This document shows, one piece after another, positions 59,160 through 64,000 of a stretch of DNA of 64,000 nucleotides. This DNA is from Candidatus Bathyarchaeia archaeon (GTDB taxonomy: Archaea; Thermoproteota; Bathyarchaeia; Bathyarchaeales; Bathycorpusculaceae). Below the pieces are notes generated by a model, which saw nothing but the letters and a program-made list of their open reading frames with translations, was not told the DNA's origin and did no database searches. Numbering within the stretch: the first letter of the stretch is position 1; each line of letters begins with the position of its first letter. The position numbers and the translations under genes are program-made. The DNA lies in assembly GCA_038883655.1 (NCBI GenBank), contig JAVZLQ010000001.1:64001-128000 (forward strand), given 5' to 3'.

Positions 59160-60953
59160 TTATGGTATGTTCAAATTGTCAAAGTAAATTATTATCCACT
59201 TGTCTCCTCTCTGCTCAATGTGCATGGTAACGCTGTTTCCTCTTTCTGTTGCCATCAACTCGTTCCATTGGTCGGTTCGCAGGTCTTTGGGTGTTGCCTC
59301 AACCCACTGATAAGTTGTGTTGTATAACTGTAGGACTATGTGTGTTGTTCCATCCTCGACATACTCGTACTTATCGCGGACGGTCTCGTGAAGTTCAATG
59401 TATGTTATGGCGCCGAAAAGTTTTATGAAATCTATGCGTGTTTTGCTCACTAGTTGTGTGCTTGTTAATTCCTCAGTCATCATGTTTATTACTACTTTAC
59501 TGGTTTCCCAAGCGTCTACTATTGCAAATCCAGCCAAGTAAATGGTTTCGTCTGGTTCGCTGGTGCCTTCACGCCAATAAATCGGCACGTACCATGCGAG
59601 CCTATAAGTATTTGAAACGTTAACTGGGTATAATAGTGGCATTTCCGCGTAGTAAATTCCCGCGGCTGGTTTTGGCAATTTTCCTTCCACAATGTCTTCC
59701 GCCGTCATGCCAGATATGTAATTGCTTAGCCTATAATCGTAAAAGAATATGCCGTCACGCGTGGCTTTGAAGACGCCTGCTAGCGTTCTCTGGTTTCCGT
59801 AGGGGTTAACGCATACAATCGCTACCATGTCGTTTGTTTCCGGGTCTAAGACGTATCGCGTGTCCTCTGTCATTTGGAAGCGCTCGCGGCTCGGCGGTAT
59901 TATCCACAAGAAGCCTCCAGCCCAATAGTCAAAACCTTCTCCTCTTCTGAAGCATCCCATCTCGTTTATCATTTCCTCAAGCCAATTCTCATCGTAAACC
60001 TGCGTAATCCAGTCGGGGACTATGGACAAATCGTTTCCGTCATATCTCAAGCTGCCTTGTGAATCGTAGATTATGGGTTTTTCATATCTCCTTATGAGGT
60101 CAAAACCAACATTGTAGCGTGTTAAAACGTATAGTGTTTCATTTGTTGTTGAGTTCCATGTTGCGTATGCCACGCCATAGCTTTGCGATGTGTCTGCCAT
60201 GTAAGAGCGGAAATGTATGTTGTGGTCCCACCACAAGTTTTCTCCAACAGCGAATTCTACATGTAGTGTTTCTGGTGGCGCAGCTGGGTCTGTTGCGTCT
60301 ATTATGACGAATCCTTTAACATAGTTTTCCGCCAACACGTTTGTCGAGCCTATGACTGCAACCCAAACAAGTTTTCCTTGTGGAGATTTTGTTATGTGGC
60401 AGTCCAAAACGCGCATGTTGCTGCCAAACTCTGACATATGCCTACGCGCAATTGAAACTGCCAACTCCTTTGTTACTAAACGAACCATGTTATCTGGAAT
60501 TTCCTTGCTGAAGGGAAACTCCGAACTTTTAAATGTTATGAAATTGTTAAAGTAGGCGGCGTTTGCCACCCTTTGAATTTGCCAGAAAACAACAGCCAAA
60601 GAAATCGAAAGTAAATAAATCAAAAATAGGGCTACAACTATTTTTCCTCTAACTTTTGCAGACAATTTCAATGGAACATGGCGATGACGTGGATAAAGGT
60701 GTTCTGTTGCACCTTCTTCTTCCAAATGCTTTAGGGAAAACGCTGATTCAATAAGCGCCGCAAAAGCCCTTGTGAATATGAGTATGTATATGAAGATGCT
60801 TAGGGGTGTACGCGAAAACTGAACTATAAAGAAAATGAATAATCCTAAAAGGAGTGAAACAAATCTGGCGGGAGATTTCCATTTTGGTTTTCTCGGCGGG
60901 ATTGGAATGTACCACACAAAAGCCCATATCAACAGTAGTATGAACAAGTTCAA
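59160..60953 (-). CDS. Hypothetical membrane protein with large extracytoplasmic domain
   Basis: Three to four N-terminal hydrophobic segments followed by about 470 aa of aromatic, beta-rich sequence. Confidence 0.7.
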   Translation of the reverse strand: MNLFILLLIWAFVWYIPIPPRKPKWKSPARFVSLLLGLFIFFIVQFSRTPLSIFIYILIFTRAFAALIESAFSLKHLEEEGATEHLYPRHRHVPLKLSAKVRGKIVVALFLIYLLSISLAVVFWQIQRVANAAYFNNFITFKSSEFPFSKEIPDNMVRLVTKELAVSIARRHMSEFGSNMRVLDCHITKSPQGKLVWVAVIGSTNVLAENYVKGFVIIDATDPAAPPETLHVEFAVGENLWWDHNIHFRSYMADTSQSYGVAYATWNSTTNETLYVLTRYNVGFDLIRRYEKPIIYDSQGSLRYDGNDLSIVPDWITQVYDENWLEEMINEMGCFRRGEGFDYWAGGFLWIIPPSRERFQMTEDTRYVLDPETNDMVAIVCVNPYGNQRTLAGVFKATRDGIFFYDYRLSNYISGMTAEDIVEGKLPKPAAGIYYAEMPLLYPVNVSNTYRLAWYVPIYWREGTSEPDETIYLAGFAIVDAWETSKVVINMMTEELTSTQLVSKTRIDFIKLFGAITYIELHETVRDKYEYVEDGTTHIVLQLYNTTYQWVEATPKDLRTDQWNELMATERGNSVTMHIEQRGDKWIIIYFDNLNIP

Positions 60954-61063
60954 ATTTGCTGCCTCACTTAAAGTCTAAAACTTTTATATATTTAAGTTGA
61001 TGGATAAAAAATAATCTTATTATCCAACTATACTCTTTAACATAAAAGCAACAGAGGCTTGCT

Positions 61064-62173
61064 ATGAGTTATACAGTTAAATGTTCAGCTTGCAATCGCT
61101 CTTCAAATAACTTGCTAGAGTTTAAGTGTCCCTCTTGTGGAAGTCCGCTTAACGTTCATATAAACATAAAATTTGAAAATAAAGAGATTCTTAAAAAACG
61201 CCACAACCTATGGCGCTACGCGAAGTTTTTCCCATATGTAGATGGCGGAAGCATCATAACTCTGGGCGAAGGCTGGACGCCTCTAGTCAAATTTTTCAGA
61301 AACTTGCATTTTAAGCTTGAAAACCTTAATCCCACTGGTTCCTTTAAAGACAGAGGCTCTGCAGTTCTCATGTCAGCGTTGCACAAACATATCAAAAAGG
61401 CGAATGGCTATATCGCCGAAGATTCTTCTGGCAACGCTGGTGCCTCAATTGCGGCTTACGCTGCACGTGCTGGTTTAAAAGCGAAAATCTACGTCCCAGA
61501 AAATGTTTCTGGACCAAAATTTAATCAAATAAAATTTTATGGTGCTGATGTTGTTAAGGTTTCTGGTAGCAGAAGCAATGTGGCTGAAGAGGCGCAGAAA
61601 GTTGAAAGTGGCAAAGTCTATGTTGGACATATCCTTCATCCGCTTTTCAGGGAAGGCATAAAAAGTCTCGCTTATGAAATTGCTGAACAGTTTGATTGGC
61701 GTGTTCCAGAAAGGATTTACTTGCCAGTTTCCGCTGGGACTCTCTTATTGGGCGTTATAAATGGATTCAAACATTTACTTGATTCTGGCGAGATTAAAGT
61801 TATGCCTAAAATCGTGGCTTGCCAAACACGGCAAGTTTCACCTTTATACCATAAATTCAAAGGTCTCCCTTACACTCCGCCTAAACGGATAAGCTCCATC
61901 GCAGACGCCTTAGTTAGCGTTAATCCACCACTTTTAGATATTATGGTTAAAAGCTTGAAAGAAGCTGATGGTGATGCCTTTTTGGTTGAGGAGAACGAGA
62001 TTTTTGACGCTTTTTTGGAGCTTGCAAAGAAAGGCTTCTTTGTTGAGCCAAGCTCCGCCGTTGCTTACGCCGCCTACAAGAAGCATGTTGAAAGCGGTGA
62101 AACATCAAAAGGTGAGGATTCAGTCGTTGTTCTCACTGGAAGTGGATTGAAAACCGCGTTGCAGCCAATCTAG
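61064..62173 (+). CDS. thrC: Threonine synthase-like PLP enzyme (fold type II)
   Basis: N-terminal CxxC...CxxC, LGEGWTP, NPTGSFKDRG, DSSGNAG, EPSSA and LTGSGLK. Confidence 0.8.
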   Translation: MSYTVKCSACNRSSNNLLEFKCPSCGSPLNVHINIKFENKEILKKRHNLWRYAKFFPYVDGGSIITLGEGWTPLVKFFRNLHFKLENLNPTGSFKDRGSAVLMSALHKHIKKANGYIAEDSSGNAGASIAAYAARAGLKAKIYVPENVSGPKFNQIKFYGADVVKVSGSRSNVAEEAQKVESGKVYVGHILHPLFREGIKSLAYEIAEQFDWRVPERIYLPVSAGTLLLGVINGFKHLLDSGEIKVMPKIVACQTRQVSPLYHKFKGLPYTPPKRISSIADALVSVNPPLLDIMVKSLKEADGDAFLVEENEIFDAFLELAKKGFFVEPSSAVAYAAYKKHVESGETSKGEDSVVVLTGSGLKTALQPI

Positions 62174-62207
62174 GGGTTGCAGAATCTAACTTTGGGCTAT
62201 CTTTTTA

Positions 62208-62256
62208 GAAAAATTTATATTGTAATGATGTTTCTCATTGAGACGCACGGAGGAGG
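62208..62256 (+). promoter_or_regulatory. BRE/TATA and SD of the thermosome gene
   Basis: GAAAAA-TTTATAT at 62208-62220 and GGAGGAGG at 62249-62256, before TTG 62266. Confidence 0.55.
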
Positions 62257-62265
62257 TTATCTGAT

Positions 62266-63897
62266 TTGTCAACACCTGGCGGAGTTCCAGTTTTAATATT
62301 GAAGGAAGGTTCAAGTCGAAGCAGAGGTAGAGAAGCGCAACACGCAAATATTATGGCGGCGCGAATTGTAGCTGAAACCGTTAAAAGTTCTCTTGGACCA
62401 AAGGGTATGGATAAAATGCTTGTTGACAGCTTCGGCGACGTCACAATAACAAGTGATGGGCGCACAATCCTTGACGAAATGGATGTTCAACATCCAGCCG
62501 CCAAAATGATGGTTGAAGTTGCAAAAACACAGGATAACGAAGCTGGTGATGGAACAACAACGGCTGTGATAATCGCAGGAGAACTTCTAAACAAGGCTGA
62601 AGAACTTATCGGAAAAAACATTCACCCGACAATAATAATCGACGGTTACAAGAAGGCCTCTGAGAAGGCACTTGAGGTTCTCGACGAAATAGCCATAAAA
62701 GCTGGGACAAAAATGCAGGAATATGCAAAGATGGTTGCAATGACTTCGATGGCAAGTAAGCTTGTCGCTGAACACCGAGAATACTTGGCTGATTTAGCTG
62801 TAAAAGCAATTCTTGAGGTTGCGGAAAAAGAAAATGGCAAGTACAAGGTGGATGTCGACGACGTTAAAGTCGAGAAGAAACCGGGCGAATCACTAAGAGA
62901 TACAAGGCTTATTCAAGGCATAGTTTTAGATAAGGAAGTTGTACATTCTGGAATGCCCAAGCGCGTGGAAAACGCGAAGATTGCTTTGCTCGACGCTTCC
63001 CTCGAAATTGAGAAGACAGAGTTTGACGCCAAAATAAACATTGAAAGTCCAGAGCAGATGGAGGCTTTTCTCAAGCAAGAAGAAGAAATGCTGAAAAACA
63101 TGGTTGACAAGCTTGTTGCTGTTGGCGCAAACGTTGTTCTATGCCAAAAAGGCATAGACGACATGGCACAACACTTCTTGGCTAGAAATGGAATATTAGC
63201 TGTTCGTCGCATCAAAAAATCAGACATGGAGAAGCTTGCAAAAGCTACCGGAGGAAAAATAATAACAAACATTGACGATATGAGTCCAGCAGATCTCGGC
63301 TACGCAAGCCTAGTTGAGGAACGCAAAATAGGCGACGACAAAATGACGTTCATAGAGGGTTGCAAGCACCCAAGAGCCGTTACAATACTGATAAGGGGCG
63401 GCACAGAACGCATAGTGGATGAAGCAGAAAGGTCGCTTCACGATGCGCTTTGCGTAGTCAAAGACGTAATTGAAGAACCAAAAATACTAGCTGGAGGCGG
63501 AGCACCAGAACTCGAAATTTCAAGAGTTCTCAAGAAGTACGCTGAAACACTGCCTGGAAGAGAGCAACTTGCAGTCAAAAGCTTCGCAGAAGCCTTGGAA
63601 GCAGTCCCAATAACCCTAACTGAAAATGCGGGACTGGACCCAATTGATGTGCTTTCAGAACTTAGGGCTCGCCACGAAAAAGGCGAGGTCTGGACTGGCA
63701 TAGAGGTGCTTTCTGGAAAAGTTCAGGACATGGCTTCTGCTGGAGTTTTTGAGCCTTTAGCTGTTAAAAAGCAGATCATTAAATCGGCTACTGAAGCAGC
63801 TTCGATGATATTGAAGATTGACGATATAATTGCTGCTGGTAAGATGAAGACTCCAACACCTCCGAAGGGTATGCCAGAGGGTGCTGGAGAGTATTAA
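62266..63897 (+). CDS. ths: Thermosome (group II chaperonin) subunit
   Basis: [34 protein letters not shown] and ILKIDD. Confidence 0.97.
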   Translation: MSTPGGVPVLILKEGSSRSRGREAQHANIMAARIVAETVKSSLGPKGMDKMLVDSFGDVTITSDGRTILDEMDVQHPAAKMMVEVAKTQDNEAGDGTTTAVIIAGELLNKAEELIGKNIHPTIIIDGYKKASEKALEVLDEIAIKAGTKMQEYAKMVAMTSMASKLVAEHREYLADLAVKAILEVAEKENGKYKVDVDDVKVEKKPGESLRDTRLIQGIVLDKEVVHSGMPKRVENAKIALLDASLEIEKTEFDAKINIESPEQMEAFLKQEEEMLKNMVDKLVAVGANVVLCQKGIDDMAQHFLARNGILAVRRIKKSDMEKLAKATGGKIITNIDDMSPADLGYASLVEERKIGDDKMTFIEGCKHPRAVTILIRGGTERIVDEAERSLHDALCVVKDVIEEPKILAGGGAPELEISRVLKKYAETLPGREQLAVKSFAEALEAVPITLTENAGLDPIDVLSELRARHEKGEVWTGIEVLSGKVQDMASAGVFEPLAVKKQIIKSATEAASMILKIDDIIAAGKMKTPTPPKGMPEGAGEY

Positions 63898-63900
63898 AAA

Positions 63901-64000
63901 ACGTCTAAAAAAGAGAAAAAAATCTTGATAGGTCCACCAAAACTTACCCGCTTTGAAAGAGCTAGGATAGTTGGCGCTAGGGCTTTGCAAATATCTATGG
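63901..64000 (+). CDS. rpoK: RNA polymerase subunit Rpo6/RpoK, N-terminal part (runs off window); start ACG 63901 or TTG 63925
   Basis: Not in the ORF track. Manual translation gives IGPPKLTRFERARIVGARALQISM, the Rpo6 signature. Confidence 0.9.

Noticed and set aside
61064-62173. ThrC-like enzyme as a phosphoserine-using partner of the SerK-like kinase
   Set aside because: It is separated by an unrelated gene and has its own promoter region. The sequence gives no way to infer the substrate.

Overview
A densely coding archaeal chromosomal window with about 60 CDSs. I saw no rRNA, tRNA, CRISPR array or intact mobile element. The gene set (histone, rpS25e, MBF1, NAC, Trm56, archaeal ThrRS, tetraether synthase, two AOR-family enzymes, ADP-forming acyl-CoA synthetase, GH57/GT4 glycogen cluster, frequent TTG starts) fits an anaerobic, peptide-fermenting TACK archaeon, most likely Ca. 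Bathyarchaeia. That taxon is inferred from gene content and was not searched. The most notable locus is 56.5-59.1 kb. There a TrpY-like repressor is divergent from a two-gene unit, trpB2 plus a SerK/SbnI-like ParB-fold kinase, and TGTACA-like TRP boxes lie between them. This looks like a self-contained, Trp-regulated indole-salvage module that makes its own O-phosphoserine. Other notable points: hflX and probably rpoK appear to start at ACG; a class-III-signal 'giant pilin' has five tandem domains; a GT4 glycosyltransferase lacks its donor-binding domain; a bacterial-type class I GAPDH is present; thyX is paired with a CofE-like ligase; there is an ArcE-like arginine synthetase candidate, an AOR with Asp replacing a cluster Cys, and a doubly frameshifted DUF1028 pseudogene. 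All family assignments come from motif recognition by eye. No database searches were run.
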